The position numbers and the translations under genes are program-made. A stretch of DNA of 64,000 nt from Eubacteriales bacterium (GTDB taxonomy: Bacteria; Bacillota; Clostridia; Oscillospirales; CAG-272). The stretch covers positions 6,486 through 70,485 of the forward strand of contig JAZRLS010000055.1 in the NCBI GenBank assembly GCA_045646945.1. The letters are read 5' to 3'. Positions within the stretch are counted from its first letter, which is position 1; every line of letters begins with the position of its first letter. Below are positions 19,088 to 29,088 of this stretch, in pieces. The notes under the pieces were generated by a model that saw only the letters and a list, made by a program, of their open reading frames with translations, was not told where the DNA came from and did not search any database.

Positions 19088-20236
19088 ATGAAAGATACGC
19101 AATATGCGGCATTGAGTGTCATCGGAATGAAGGGCTGCGAGGACTTTTCCGCGCAGGTGGACTATTATCTGAAGGAATGGCGACGTCACGGCGGTGAGGA
19201 ATCCTTCCTCGTTGAGGCAGACTGTCCCCGCTTTGGTACGGGTGAGGCAAAGGCTCTTTTGCACGAGTCGCTTCGCGGACACGACGTTTACATTATTTGC
19301 GATCCCTTTAATCACGGTGTTACTTACAAAATGTACGGACAGCAGGTTCCGATGAGCCCCGACGACCATTACGCCGACCTCAAGCGTATTATCGCTGCTA
19401 TCGGTGGCAAGGCAAGACGCGTTACCGTCATTATGCCGATGCTCTACGAGGGTAGACAGCACAAGAGAACCGGACGCGAGTCGCTCGACTGCGCATCGAT
19501 GTTGCAGGAGCTTGTGCAGATGGGTGTTGCCAATATCATTACCTTTGACGCGCACGATCCCCGCGTTCAGAATGCCATCCCGCTTTCGGGCTTTGACGAC
19601 GTAAAGCCCGCATACCAGATGATCAAAGCGTTGGTCAAGGCAGTGCCCGACATTTCACTTGACAAGGAAGATTTGATGATTATTTCTCCCGATGAGGGAG
19701 CCATGGGCCGTTGTATGTACTTCTCCTCGGTGCTTGGTATCGATATCGGTATGTTCTACAAGCGTCGCAACTATGCCGTCATTGTGAACGGAAAGAACCC
19801 GATTGAAGCACACGAGTATCTCGGCAGAGATTTGACGGGCAAAGATGCGATTATCGTTGACGATATGATTTCTTCGGGCGGATCTCTGATTGACGTTGCT
19901 CTTCAAATCAAGGAGAGAGGCGCAAAGAGAGTCTTCGCATTCACGACCTTCGGTCTCTTTACCGACGGACTAGAAAACTTTGATAAGGCGTATGCCGAGG
20001 GCGTATTCGATAAGATCTTTACAACCAACCTGATTTACCGCCGTCCCGAGCTGGCGGACAGAGAGTGGTACGTGGAGGTCAATATGTGTAAGTACGTCTC
20101 TTACATCATCGATACGCTCAACCACGACGAAACGATCAGCGAGCTTCTCAATCCCGTCAAGCGTATCCACAATATCGTGGACAAGCACAAAAAGGAACAG
20201 GCATCGCAGATCAAGATGTCGTTCGACAAAGAATAA
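19088..20236 (+). CDS. Ribose-phosphate pyrophosphokinase, long (382 aa) form
   Basis: RVTVIMPMLYEGRQHKR, ITFDAHD and the PRPP-binding loop IIVDDMISSGGS. Confidence 0.85.
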   Translation: MKDTQYAALSVIGMKGCEDFSAQVDYYLKEWRRHGGEESFLVEADCPRFGTGEAKALLHESLRGHDVYIICDPFNHGVTYKMYGQQVPMSPDDHYADLKRIIAAIGGKARRVTVIMPMLYEGRQHKRTGRESLDCASMLQELVQMGVANIITFDAHDPRVQNAIPLSGFDDVKPAYQMIKALVKAVPDISLDKEDLMIISPDEGAMGRCMYFSSVLGIDIGMFYKRRNYAVIVNGKNPIEAHEYLGRDLTGKDAIIVDDMISSGGSLIDVALQIKERGAKRVFAFTTFGLFTDGLENFDKAYAEGVFDKIFTTNLIYRRPELADREWYVEVNMCKYVSYIIDTLNHDETISELLNPVKRIHNIVDKHKKEQASQIKMSFDKE

Positions 20237-20241
20237 GCTGC

Positions 20242-20280
20242 AAAAAATCACCGCGCAACCTGATATGGTTGCGCGGTTTT
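20242..20280. terminator. Bidirectional intrinsic terminator
   Basis: AAAAAATC, then ACCGCGCAACC, loop TGATAT, GGTTGCGCGGT, then TTT. Sits between convergent genes. Confidence 0.8.
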
Positions 20281-20281
20281 G

Positions 20282-22159
20282 TTATTCGTATGCCCGAACC
20301 TCGAAGATGACGGCGTCGGGGGCACCGTTGGTATTTTGTACGGTGATCTTTACTTCGTCACATTCGGTGGTGGGAAAATTCAGGACGTTCAGACGCTGAT
20401 AATTCTTTTGGACGGAGATCTCGTGTCTTACACTACCGTGAGATAACAGTTGTACGGTGTAATCCTTGACAAGCTCGGCAGGAACGCCGTGACGCTGCTG
20501 CTTTTGACGGTTGGGTGCCATGGTGACGCGAATGGGATATTGGAAATCCGACCAGAAGGTAAGACGAAGCTCGGAGAGCTTTTTGACGCTGGGGAAGCGC
20601 ATCGTGAGTGTTTCGCCATACTCGGAGATGCCCTGCGAGCGCCAACCGTTGAACTCTGCTCCAAGCTTGCGGGAAATTCCGTTGGCGACCAGAGAGGGGT
20701 CACAGTTCTCGCGGTACGAGGTCGCAAAAAACTCGGCGCTTTTGGCAAGATCCAAGGGATCCTCATTTTTGATATGGGGCAAAAATCCGTCTGCCTTGAG
20801 AATTTTTTGCTGAAGCTCGGAAATATGAGTCGACCCCAGTTCTCTCGGCGTACAGCCGTATTTGTGGCAAAGTGCGGCGGCAATGCCCACTGCCTCACCG
20901 CCGATGGCGCAACAACCCGTAATGCGGGTACTGCCGAGGCCGAGACGTGTGGTAGAAATATCTCTGCCTGCCATAAAGAGATTTTTGATATTTTTGGAGT
21001 AGTAGGAACGGTAGGGGATTGTGTAAATGCCCTCGAAGAAGCGGCAATCCGAGGGAAGCGTATCAAAATCGAGAAGCCCGTGCGGCGAGTGCAGATCGAT
21101 GCACCAACCGCCGTAAGCCACGGCATCTTCAAACTGGCGGTGTTCAAGAATATCGGTTTCGGTGAGGACGTAATCGCCTACAAGCCGTCGGCTTTCGCGC
21201 ATGCCCGGCAACGCTCCCACCCACTCGAGCGCAAAATTCTCCGCACCGTGCTCGTGAATTCCCTCGTCGCCGTTCTTGATATGATCCCACAGACCGTAGC
21301 AGTAGGCAATCAGGTCGTCGCGGATCGTTTCGTAGTCGCTGATGATATCGTCCGAGTCGCCCATCAGCTCGAGCCACCAATAGCCGTAATCGATCGCGGC
21401 ACTCGAACACATCGAGATGCGGCGGTATTCCTCGGGATCGGGGCTTTCACTGCAATCAATGGTGTTTCGCATGCCCGCACAGTGGATCCTCTTGGCAAGC
21501 TGCTGCTCGGTCAGCTTTTTTGCGAAGCTTGGCGGAGTGAAGGGAACGGGGTATCCCATATTCTTTGCCTTGAGAAGAATGGTGTTTCCCATTCGATAGG
21601 AATTTGCCTCTTCGGGGGCGTCGATCTCTCCGAATTCTTCTTTTGATTCACTTCCCATACGCCATTCGGCACCTGCGTAGTAGCCAAGCGTTCCGTTTCC
21701 CGTGCTGTCGACGAACAGCGGTGCGGAAAAACGGTAGCGCATTTCAGTGGTACTTTGAACACAGAGAATGCTTTGGATCTCGTCGTTGTCGGTTTCAACG
21801 TCGTACATTACGGTGTCGTAATAGAGCGTCAGATTCGGCTCTTTTTTGACGGCATCGTGCAATACCGCATCCCAGATCGAGTAGCAAAAATGCTCGTTTT
21901 GCTTTTTGTTTTCAAGCATCAGCTCGTAGACCAGTCCCCCTTCGGCATAGTCCGGTTGCTTCAGTCCTTGATCGGCACCCGAAATGTGGATACGGATCTC
22001 ACTGGACGTGTTACCGCCCAACACCGATCGTGCGTGAATGAGTGCGGTTTTTGCGCCGTTTCTGGCAGACGAGATGGCGGCGCAGATGCCTGCCATACCC
22101 GCACCTACGACGATGACGTCATAAGAAAGCTCTTGATATCGTTCAGAAATTCGTTTCAT
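20282..22159 (-). CDS. FAD-dependent oxidoreductase with a C-terminal beta-sandwich (discoidin-like) domain
   Basis: The N-terminal YDVIVVGAGMAGICAA dinucleotide-binding motif follows the ATG at 22159 (RBS AAGGAG). No signal peptide. The identity of the C-terminal domain is inference. Confidence 0.7.
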   Translation of the reverse strand: MKRISERYQELSYDVIVVGAGMAGICAAISSARNGAKTALIHARSVLGGNTSSEIRIHISGADQGLKQPDYAEGGLVYELMLENKKQNEHFCYSIWDAVLHDAVKKEPNLTLYYDTVMYDVETDNDEIQSILCVQSTTEMRYRFSAPLFVDSTGNGTLGYYAGAEWRMGSESKEEFGEIDAPEEANSYRMGNTILLKAKNMGYPVPFTPPSFAKKLTEQQLAKRIHCAGMRNTIDCSESPDPEEYRRISMCSSAAIDYGYWWLELMGDSDDIISDYETIRDDLIAYCYGLWDHIKNGDEGIHEHGAENFALEWVGALPGMRESRRLVGDYVLTETDILEHRQFEDAVAYGGWCIDLHSPHGLLDFDTLPSDCRFFEGIYTIPYRSYYSKNIKNLFMAGRDISTTRLGLGSTRITGCCAIGGEAVGIAAALCHKYGCTPRELGSTHISELQQKILKADGFLPHIKNEDPLDLAKSAEFFATSYRENCDPSLVANGISRKLGAEFNGWRSQGISEYGETLTMRFPSVKKLSELRLTFWSDFQYPIRVTMAPNRQKQQRHGVPAELVKDYTVQLLSHGSVRHEISVQKNYQRLNVLNFPTTECDEVKITVQNTNGAPDAVIFEVRAYE

Positions 22160-22277
22160 CGTATGCTCCTTTTTTGTGATGGTTTTATTATAGCAAATAA
22201 ATAAAGAGGAATTCTTGCAAAATCGTTGCAAAAATTCCATTATTGTGCTACAATATAAGAAAAATAGGGGGGAGAGT

Positions 22278-23072
22278 ATGAGAGCAACGACGTTTCAATA
22301 CCGAGTAACGACGCACGAGGCGGGACATCAAGAGTCGCCGATGAGCTTTGACGAGCTGAAATTCGTTCACGTTTTGTCGGGGACGTGTTGTTGGAATATC
22401 AACGGGAAGCTCTTTTCGGTAGAAAAGGACGACGTTTTGATCTTTTCGCGAAAGGATCAGAGGTATATCCAAGAGGTGACCTCAAGAGAGCCGTTGGTGA
22501 TGGAGCAGGTGATCTTTTTGCCGATCACGCTTTATCCCGCCGAGGCATGTGCAGAGCTCTTTTTTGAGAGTGAGAGAAGCTCTCTTTTGCCGAAAAACAA
22601 TGAATATCATACAAAAATAGTAGAGGATTTTGCCGTGATCCGCAAAGAAATCTCGGACGATCTTCCGTGGAAAAACGAATGGATCGCCAATCGAATCACG
22701 GCGATGGCGATGAGAGCCGCCCGCTTGCTGGGGGTAGAAAGAAAGACCTCTTCTGTGAAGGAACGAGCACAGTATCAGACGGTGTGTGAGGCGCTTGCGT
22801 ATCTACACGAAAATCTTGGGGGAGATCTTTCCCGAGATCGTGTTGCGGCAGCCTTGTATATCAGTCCGTCGCATCTTTCCCGTATTTTCAAGGAATATAC
22901 GGGCGTTACGCTGCAAGAATATATCGTTCGTTGTCGTGTGGAGCGTGCCGCCTCGCTGATTCGGAACGGAAAGCGACCGATCGACGCGGCATTTGAGTGC
23001 GGTTTCGGCAGTACCTCAGGGTTTTACCGAGCCTTTTCCGCGGTGACGGGAAAGAAGCCGAAGGATTTTTGA
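22278..23072 (+). CDS. AraC-family transcriptional regulator
   Basis: C-terminal double HTH (ISPSHLSRIFKEYTGVTLQEYI...GFGSTSGFYRAF) and an N-terminal cupin-like domain. Divergent from the oxidoreductase gene. Confidence 0.88.
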   Translation: MRATTFQYRVTTHEAGHQESPMSFDELKFVHVLSGTCCWNINGKLFSVEKDDVLIFSRKDQRYIQEVTSREPLVMEQVIFLPITLYPAEACAELFFESERSSLLPKNNEYHTKIVEDFAVIRKEISDDLPWKNEWIANRITAMAMRAARLLGVERKTSSVKERAQYQTVCEALAYLHENLGGDLSRDRVAAALYISPSHLSRIFKEYTGVTLQEYIVRCRVERAASLIRNGKRPIDAAFECGFGSTSGFYRAFSAVTGKKPKDF

Positions 23073-23083
23073 AATGAAAAAAG

Positions 23084-23120
23084 AAAAACGCTTATGGCAG
23101 TGTTGCCATAAGCGTTTTTT
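23084..23120. terminator. Bidirectional intrinsic terminator (araC-like gene / ileS)
   Basis: AAAAACGCTTATGGCA, loop GTGT, TGCCATAAGCGTTTTT. Confidence 0.85.
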
Positions 23121-23127
23121 GATGGAA

Positions 23128-26100
23128 TTATTGTCTTTGTAGGGTCACCGTAACGGTTGCGCCGTCGAGCTCGATTGTGCCCGTATATTCGGGAGCGGTG
23201 GGAGCGTCGAACGAAGCGAGAAGGTCGCGCGCGAGCTGTTCCTTCTTTTCTTCCACGATGCTATTGATCAGCTCGGAATCGGTTGCGAAAGCGATATAGA
23301 TTCTGTCGCTGACGTCAAATCCTGCCATCTTACGGAATACCTGACACTGACGAACGATGTCACGGAGAATTCCCGCTCTTTGGAGCTCTTCCGAGATGGT
23401 GGTGTCGAGCGCAATGAAATCGTCGCCGTTCTTGTAGATCGCCACGTTTGCCTTAGGCTGAGAATTGACGGTGAATACCTCTGCCTCGATGCCCGTCAGA
23501 TCGAGCGCGTCGATGGCTTCTCCTGCCTTCACCTTGTCGGAGAGTGCCTGTTGAGCGTCTGCGTCAAGTCCTGCAAGGTACGCCTTAACGTCGTTGGCGC
23601 GGTTCTTGAGCACGCGGCCTGCGACCTTGAAGTTGACGGTTAGGAAGTTCGACTCGAGCGACGCGGTGTCTGCGATCTCAACAATTTCAAGCACGTTCAT
23701 TTCACTGCGGATGACCGAACCGAAGGTTGCGATCGCGCTGTGATTTGCCTCGTTCTCGGAAACGTAAATCGCAGGAAGCGGTTGACGGATCTTGATCTGC
23801 TTCTCGTTGCGGAGCTTGAGTCCGAGCGAGATGATCTCTCTGGCACGTTCTACGTCGGAGAGGATCGCGTCATCGGTGATATCCAATGCGGGAGCGACGG
23901 TCGGGTATGCGGTCAGGAAGATCGAAATCGCATCCTCGTTTGAATATCTCTTGATAAATCTCTGCCAGGTCGTCTCGGTGATGAAGGGAACGATGGGCGC
24001 CATTGCCTGCGCGATGGTCTTGATCGCGTAGAAGAGCACGGCGTATGCGTTCTGCTTATCCTCGGAGTCAGCGCCTGCCCAGAAACGAGCGCGGTTGACA
24101 CGGATATAGAAGTTGGAAATATCGTTGACAAAGGATTCAAAGCGACCGACCACCTCACGGGTGTTGTAGTCACTCATATACTCGTTGGCATCCTTGATGA
24201 ACTGATTGGTGCGGATGACGAGCCAACGGTCGATGGGGCAAAGCTTCGTAACGTCGAGCTTCGAGAGGTCGACTTTCACACTGTCGATGTCGGCGTAGGT
24301 AGAGAAGAAGGTCTCAAGGTTCCAGAACGCAAGCAGTTTTCTCTTCGCCTCGTCACCGAGGTTGAAGCCGAAGCGTACGTCGGTCGAGGTCGAGGAGGAT
24401 GCGAAGATATAACGCGAAGCATCGGCGCCGATGATGTCGGCGGCTTCGTCAAAGCGGATCATAAAGCCGGTCTTGGAGAAGCGGCTTCCGTCCTCAGAAA
24501 CGACCATGCCGTGCGTGCTGACGCGCTCGTACGGAGGCTCGTCGACAAGAACAGTCGACATAAAGAGCATCGAGTAGAACCACAGACGGATCTGCTCCTT
24601 CATTTCAAGCACGTGCTCTGCGGGGAAGTATTGCTTCCAGTATTCCTTGTCGGTCAGATACTTCATCGTAGAGAAGGGAACGATACCTGCATCGAGCCAA
24701 ACGTCACCGACCTGCGTGACTCTCTCGACAGGTTTCGAGCACTTGGGACAAGCAATCTTAACCTCGTCGATCCACGGACGGTGGAGGTGAGGAATGGCAT
24801 CGACCTTCGATTTGTCGACAGCAAGTTCATAGAGCTCATCCTTCGAGCCGACAACCGTCAGCTCGCCGCAATCGGGACAGAGATAGAAGGGCAGGGGTAA
24901 ACCGTAGAAGCGCTTACGCGAAATATTCCAATCGGACATATTCTCGAGCCAGTCGAGCATTCTCTTGCCCTGATATGCGGGCTCCCAACGAACCTTCTTT
25001 GCGTTTGCAATCAGGCGCGGACGGAGCTCGTCAACAGCGATTGCCCACTCCTTGCCCAGACGGAAGATGATTTCCTTCTTACATCTCCAGCAAACGGGGT
25101 AGCTGTGCTTATATTTGTGCGTGTAGAACAGCTTGTTTCTCTTCTTGAGCTCCTCAAAGACGAGCTGACGGCACTCCTGCGCGTCAAGCTTCGAGAGGAA
25201 GCTGAAGCCGTCGTAGAAAATACCGTATTCGTCGACGGGAATGATCTTGGGCAGACCGATCGACTCGCCAAGCGCAAAGTCCTCGGCACCGCATCCGGGC
25301 GCGATGTGAACGACACCGCATCCCTCATCGTCGGCAACCTCGTCCCAAAGAACGATCTTGTGCTCGAACTTCTGCTCGTCCATTTCGGGGAAGCAGGTTT
25401 CGTAGGTCAGTCCCTCAAGGTCCTTACCGCTCATCGTAGCGAGCAGCTCCACACCGTCCTTACCCTCAAACTTCTGCTTGTAGTAGTTGAGCGAGGTGAC
25501 GTAGTTGTGCTCCTCCCCTGCAACGTGCAGACGGACATAGGTCATTTCGGGGTTAACAGCAAGCGCAACGTTTGCAGAAAGCGTCCAGGGGGTCGTCGTC
25601 CAAACGAGGATGTAGTCGTTCGTTCCGAGAATGGGAAGCTTGAAGAAGACGGCTTCGTGCTCGATCTCCTTATAGGATCCCGTCATTTCGTGCTCGGAGA
25701 GCGAGGTTCCGCAACGCGAACACCAAGGCATCGGCTTGTAGACCTGACGGATCCAACCGCCTTCGTGGCACTTCTTGAGGAAGAGCCAGATGCCCTGAAT
25801 ATTTTCATCGGTGTAGGTGAAGTAGGAGTTATCCCAATCCATCCACTGACCGAGACGCTTCGACTGCTCGGTGATGACACCCGAGAATTTCTTGACGCGC
25901 TCGATACACTTGTCGGTGAATTTGTCAAGACCGTATTCCTCGATGTCGTGCTTGGTCTTGAAACCAAGCTCCTTTTCCACCTCTACCTCAACCCACAGAC
26001 CTTGCGAGTCAAAGCCGTTGCGGTAGTGTGTGTCGCAGCCTTTCATTGCGTGATATTTGATATAGGTGTCCTTCAGGGTTCTGCCCCAGGTATGGTGAAC

Positions 26101-26265
26101 ACCCATCGGGTTGTTGGCGGTAATCGGACCGTCGATGAAGCGGTACTTGGGACCGCCCTCATTCTTTGCCTTCAGCTTTTTGAAGCAGTCGTTGTCTTCC
26201 CAAAGCTTGAGGATTTCCTTTTCGTTTTCAACAAAGGAATATTTCGTATCGAATTTCTCCTGCAT
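23128..26265 (-). CDS. ileS: Isoleucine--tRNA ligase, type 2 (eukaryote/archaea-like, 1045 aa)
   Basis: PITANNPMGVHHTWGR is a HIGH-type motif and RFSKTG is a KMSKS-type motif. The length and N-terminus are typical of type-2 IleRS. Confidence 0.93.
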   Translation of the reverse strand: MQEKFDTKYSFVENEKEILKLWEDNDCFKKLKAKNEGGPKYRFIDGPITANNPMGVHHTWGRTLKDTYIKYHAMKGCDTHYRNGFDSQGLWVEVEVEKELGFKTKHDIEEYGLDKFTDKCIERVKKFSGVITEQSKRLGQWMDWDNSYFTYTDENIQGIWLFLKKCHEGGWIRQVYKPMPWCSRCGTSLSEHEMTGSYKEIEHEAVFFKLPILGTNDYILVWTTTPWTLSANVALAVNPEMTYVRLHVAGEEHNYVTSLNYYKQKFEGKDGVELLATMSGKDLEGLTYETCFPEMDEQKFEHKIVLWDEVADDEGCGVVHIAPGCGAEDFALGESIGLPKIIPVDEYGIFYDGFSFLSKLDAQECRQLVFEELKKRNKLFYTHKYKHSYPVCWRCKKEIIFRLGKEWAIAVDELRPRLIANAKKVRWEPAYQGKRMLDWLENMSDWNISRKRFYGLPLPFYLCPDCGELTVVGSKDELYELAVDKSKVDAIPHLHRPWIDEVKIACPKCSKPVERVTQVGDVWLDAGIVPFSTMKYLTDKEYWKQYFPAEHVLEMKEQIRLWFYSMLFMSTVLVDEPPYERVSTHGMVVSEDGSRFSKTGFMIRFDEAADIIGADASRYIFASSSTSTDVRFGFNLGDEAKRKLLAFWNLETFFSTYADIDSVKVDLSKLDVTKLCPIDRWLVIRTNQFIKDANEYMSDYNTREVVGRFESFVNDISNFYIRVNRARFWAGADSEDKQNAYAVLFYAIKTIAQAMAPIVPFITETTWQRFIKRYSNEDAISIFLTAYPTVAPALDITDDAILSDVERAREIISLGLKLRNEKQIKIRQPLPAIYVSENEANHSAIATFGSVIRSEMNVLEIVEIADTASLESNFLTVNFKVAGRVLKNRANDVKAYLAGLDADAQQALSDKVKAGEAIDALDLTGIEAEVFTVNSQPKANVAIYKNGDDFIALDTTISEELQRAGILRDIVRQCQVFRKMAGFDVSDRIYIAFATDSELINSIVEEKKEQLARDLLASFDAPTAPEYTGTIELDGATVTVTLQRQ

Positions 26266-26342
26266 TTGTTGAGTTCCTTTCTTTGTTTTCGTTCCGTAAA
26301 AAATAAAATTCTACAAATTTCTTTTAATTTACATACATAGAC

Positions 26343-26371
26343 AGTATAACACATCGGGGAAGAAATGTCAA
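26343..26371 (-). promoter_or_regulatory. Sigma-A-type promoter for ileS
   Basis: On the minus strand: TTGACA, 17 nt spacer, TATACT with TGt. It leaves a leader of roughly 80 nt. Confidence 0.55.
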
Positions 26372-26471
26372 TCATTTTTGAAATCTTTTGCGGATTTTTA
26401 ATCATAGGAAAGGAAAGTGTTTCGAAAAGACGTTTTTTTAGGAAAAAGCAACAAAATAATCGCAATAAATC

Positions 26472-26500
26472 TTGCAAAAAAAGAGGACTTATGATATAAT
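26472..26500 (+). promoter_or_regulatory. Sigma-A-type promoter for the maf-mre operon
   Basis: TTGCAA, 17 nt spacer, TATAAT with an extended TGa. Confidence 0.55.
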
Positions 26501-26559
26501 TATATACTGGATAATGGTATGATGTACCCGTATGCGAAAAACGGGGAAGGAGCAATACA

Positions 26560-27156
26560 ATGAAGATTATTCTCGCTTCGGGCTCACCCCGACGAAAAGA
26601 AATTTTAGAGGGCCTTGGCGTTCGATTTCGCGTGCTCGCGGTCGATGCCGACGAACGCTGTCGTTGCCCTGAGCCCGACGACTATGCGACCGAGCTTGCC
26701 CGCAGAAAAGGACAGGCGGCGTGGGCAGAAATTAAGATGCGGCTCAAGGACGGAATCGACGACACCGACGCGGTGATTCTTTCTGCCGATACGGTCGTGG
26801 CGACCGAACGGGAAATTCTCGGAAAGCCGATCGACCGCGAGGATGCTCTGCGGATGCTCCGTATGCTTTCTGGCGGCGTGCATCAGGTGGTCACAGGCAT
26901 CGGTATTACGGTGGGCGGCGTGACGACCGTGGCAAGTGCTGTCACCTTTGTCGAGGTTGACCGCATTCCCGAGGAGGAGCTTCTCGCGTACGTCGATTCG
27001 GGGGATCCGATGGACAAAGCGGGCGCGTACGGAATTCAAGGACAGTTTTCACGCTGGATTCGGGGAATTCACGGCTGTTATTTTAACGTCGTAGGGCTTC
27101 CCGTCAATGCTTTGAATCATCTCTTTTTTGAGGTGACGGGCGAATATTTAAAATAA
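26560..27156 (+). CDS. maf: Maf-like nucleoside triphosphate pyrophosphatase (septum formation protein)
   Basis: ILASGSPRRKEIL, ILSADTVV and KAGAYGIQG. Confidence 0.92.
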   Translation: MKIILASGSPRRKEILEGLGVRFRVLAVDADERCRCPEPDDYATELARRKGQAAWAEIKMRLKDGIDDTDAVILSADTVVATEREILGKPIDREDALRMLRMLSGGVHQVVTGIGITVGGVTTVASAVTFVEVDRIPEEELLAYVDSGDPMDKAGAYGIQGQFSRWIRGIHGCYFNVVGLPVNALNHLFFEVTGEYLK

Positions 27157-27198
27157 CCAACGAAACAATTGCGAGGGATCGCGGAAAGGAGTGAGCGA

Positions 27199-28206
27199 AT
27201 GGCAAAAATGGTCGGAGTCGACCTTGGTACGGCGAATACGTTGATTTGTCTGAAGGGATCGGGCATTGTCGTTCGTTCGCCTTCGGTGGTCGCGATCAAT
27301 AAAGATAGCCGAGAAATTATCACGCAGGGTAACGAAGCCAAGCGGATGCTCGGCAAAACGCCCACGGGAATTCTCGCCTTCCGTCCGATGAAGGACGGTG
27401 TGATCAGTGACGCAGAGGTCACGGCGGGAATGCTCCGAAATTATTTTGTACATATCGGCGCACTCTCTACCTTCAGCCGACCGATTGTCGTCGCGTGCGT
27501 GCCTTACGGCGTGACCTCGGTCGAAAAGCAGGCGGTCGAGGACGCAATGTTTGAAGCGGGCGCGCGAAAGGTTGATTTGATGGAGGAGCCGCTGGCAGCG
27601 GCACTCGGAGTCGGACTCAACGTGCGCGGACCGCAGGGAATGATGATCGTGGATATCGGCGGAGGAACGACTGAGGTTGCCGTCATCAGTATGGGCGGCA
27701 TTGTTGCCTCCAACTCCTTGCGCGTGGCGGGTGACGAGCTCGATGAGGCGATCATTGCCTCTCTCAGAAAGACGCGTGGACTCTTGATCGGACCCGCGAC
27801 GGCAGAGTATTTAAAGCTTAAGCTTGGCTCGGCACATCGGGAGATCGACCGCGGCAGTCTGACGGTCAGCGGAATGAATTTGCAAAGAAGAATGGGCGAG
27901 ATGGTCGAGATTTCGTCGGCAGAGGTGCGTGAGGCACTTGCGGAGAGTCTGGATCAGATCATCTTCGTCATTCAGCAGACACTCGAGCAAACACCTCCTG
28001 AGCTTTCGTCGGATCTGTATGATTTCGGTATTATGCTGACGGGCGGCGGGGCTCTTTTGCCGGGGCTGGCACGTCTGATCAGCGAGCGCACGGGCGTTCG
28101 TGTGCAGATTGCCAAGCGTCCGATGGAAAGTGTTTGCGCGGGACTTCTGCGAGCGATGAGTGTGGCAGAAGAAGACGGGGACTTTTTCCGTTATCGGGAG
28201 AGATAA
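27199..28206 (+). CDS. mreB: Rod shape-determining protein MreB
   Basis: VGVDLGTANT, MMIVDIGGGTTEVAVIS and MLTGGGALL. The ATG at 27199 follows GGAAAGGAG. Confidence 0.95.
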   Translation: MAKMVGVDLGTANTLICLKGSGIVVRSPSVVAINKDSREIITQGNEAKRMLGKTPTGILAFRPMKDGVISDAEVTAGMLRNYFVHIGALSTFSRPIVVACVPYGVTSVEKQAVEDAMFEAGARKVDLMEEPLAAALGVGLNVRGPQGMMIVDIGGGTTEVAVISMGGIVASNSLRVAGDELDEAIIASLRKTRGLLIGPATAEYLKLKLGSAHREIDRGSLTVSGMNLQRRMGEMVEISSAEVREALAESLDQIIFVIQQTLEQTPPELSSDLYDFGIMLTGGGALLPGLARLISERTGVRVQIAKRPMESVCAGLLRAMSVAEEDGDFFRYRER

Positions 28207-28247
28207 GCGAATCCCTCTAAAATTTTACAGGAAAGGAGAATGCTTCG

Positions 28248-29087
28248 ATGAGGTTGGAAAAAACGAGAGTATTGATCGTTTGCGGGATTGTCGCTATTTT
28301 GGTTGCAATTCTGACGGCACTCTTTGCCGTGATCGGCTTTACGGGACCGATTCGAGGTATTTTCAAAACGGTAGCAAAGCCCTTTGAATGGTGCGGTACG
28401 CAGGTTGCGAACGCAGTGAACGGCTTTACCGAGGTTTTTACTGATTACGACCGTTTGGCAGAGGAAAATGAGGAGCTGCGAAGAGAGCTTGCCGCGCTCA
28501 AGGAGCAGTCGCAAGGCGACACGGTGCTCAGAGAAGAAAACGCGTGGCTCAAGGAACATTTGGAAATTGCGGACGCGACCGCCAAGCTTCGTTTGACCGA
28601 AGCAAGGGTCATTGCCCGTGCGACCGATAACTATTCCACCGTACTCACGCTCAATCGCGGTACGGTGCACGGAGTCAAGGTCAATATGCCCGTTCTGACC
28701 CCCGACGGAGTGTTCGGCTACGTGAAGGAGGCGGGTCTGGACTGGTGTAAGGTGGTCAGCCTTTTGGAAACGGTCAGCTCGATCGGTGCTTATACCGACC
28801 GAACGGGCGCACTCGGCGTGGTGCAGGGAGATCTTGCTCTTCGTAACGAGGGGCTTTGCCGAATGACTTACATAGACAAAAATGCCGATCTTCGCATCGG
28901 AGATCGCGTTTATACCAAGGGCGGAGAGGAAAGCAACTATCCTCCCGACCTGCTCATCGGAGAGATTGTTTCGATCGAAGCCGATGATTCGGGACTCATC
29001 GTTCAGATTCGACCCGCGGTGGACGTGTCGCAGATTGATACGATCAGTCGTCTGATGGTGATCTGCGGATATGCTTCGGAGAAATGA
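28248..29087 (+). CDS. mreC: Rod shape-determining protein MreC
   Basis: N-terminal TM segment, coiled coil (ENEELRRELAALKEQ), beta-barrel domains, and the conserved position after mreB. Confidence 0.9.
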   Translation: MRLEKTRVLIVCGIVAILVAILTALFAVIGFTGPIRGIFKTVAKPFEWCGTQVANAVNGFTEVFTDYDRLAEENEELRRELAALKEQSQGDTVLREENAWLKEHLEIADATAKLRLTEARVIARATDNYSTVLTLNRGTVHGVKVNMPVLTPDGVFGYVKEAGLDWCKVVSLLETVSSIGAYTDRTGALGVVQGDLALRNEGLCRMTYIDKNADLRIGDRVYTKGGEESNYPPDLLIGEIVSIEADDSGLIVQIRPAVDVSQIDTISRLMVICGYASEK

Positions 29088-29088
29088 T

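Noticed and set aside
26266-26559. T-box leader expected upstream of ileS.
   Set aside because: No T-box consensus or its complement, no specifier-loop or terminator-antiterminator arrangement. The region is mostly two back-to-back promoters.
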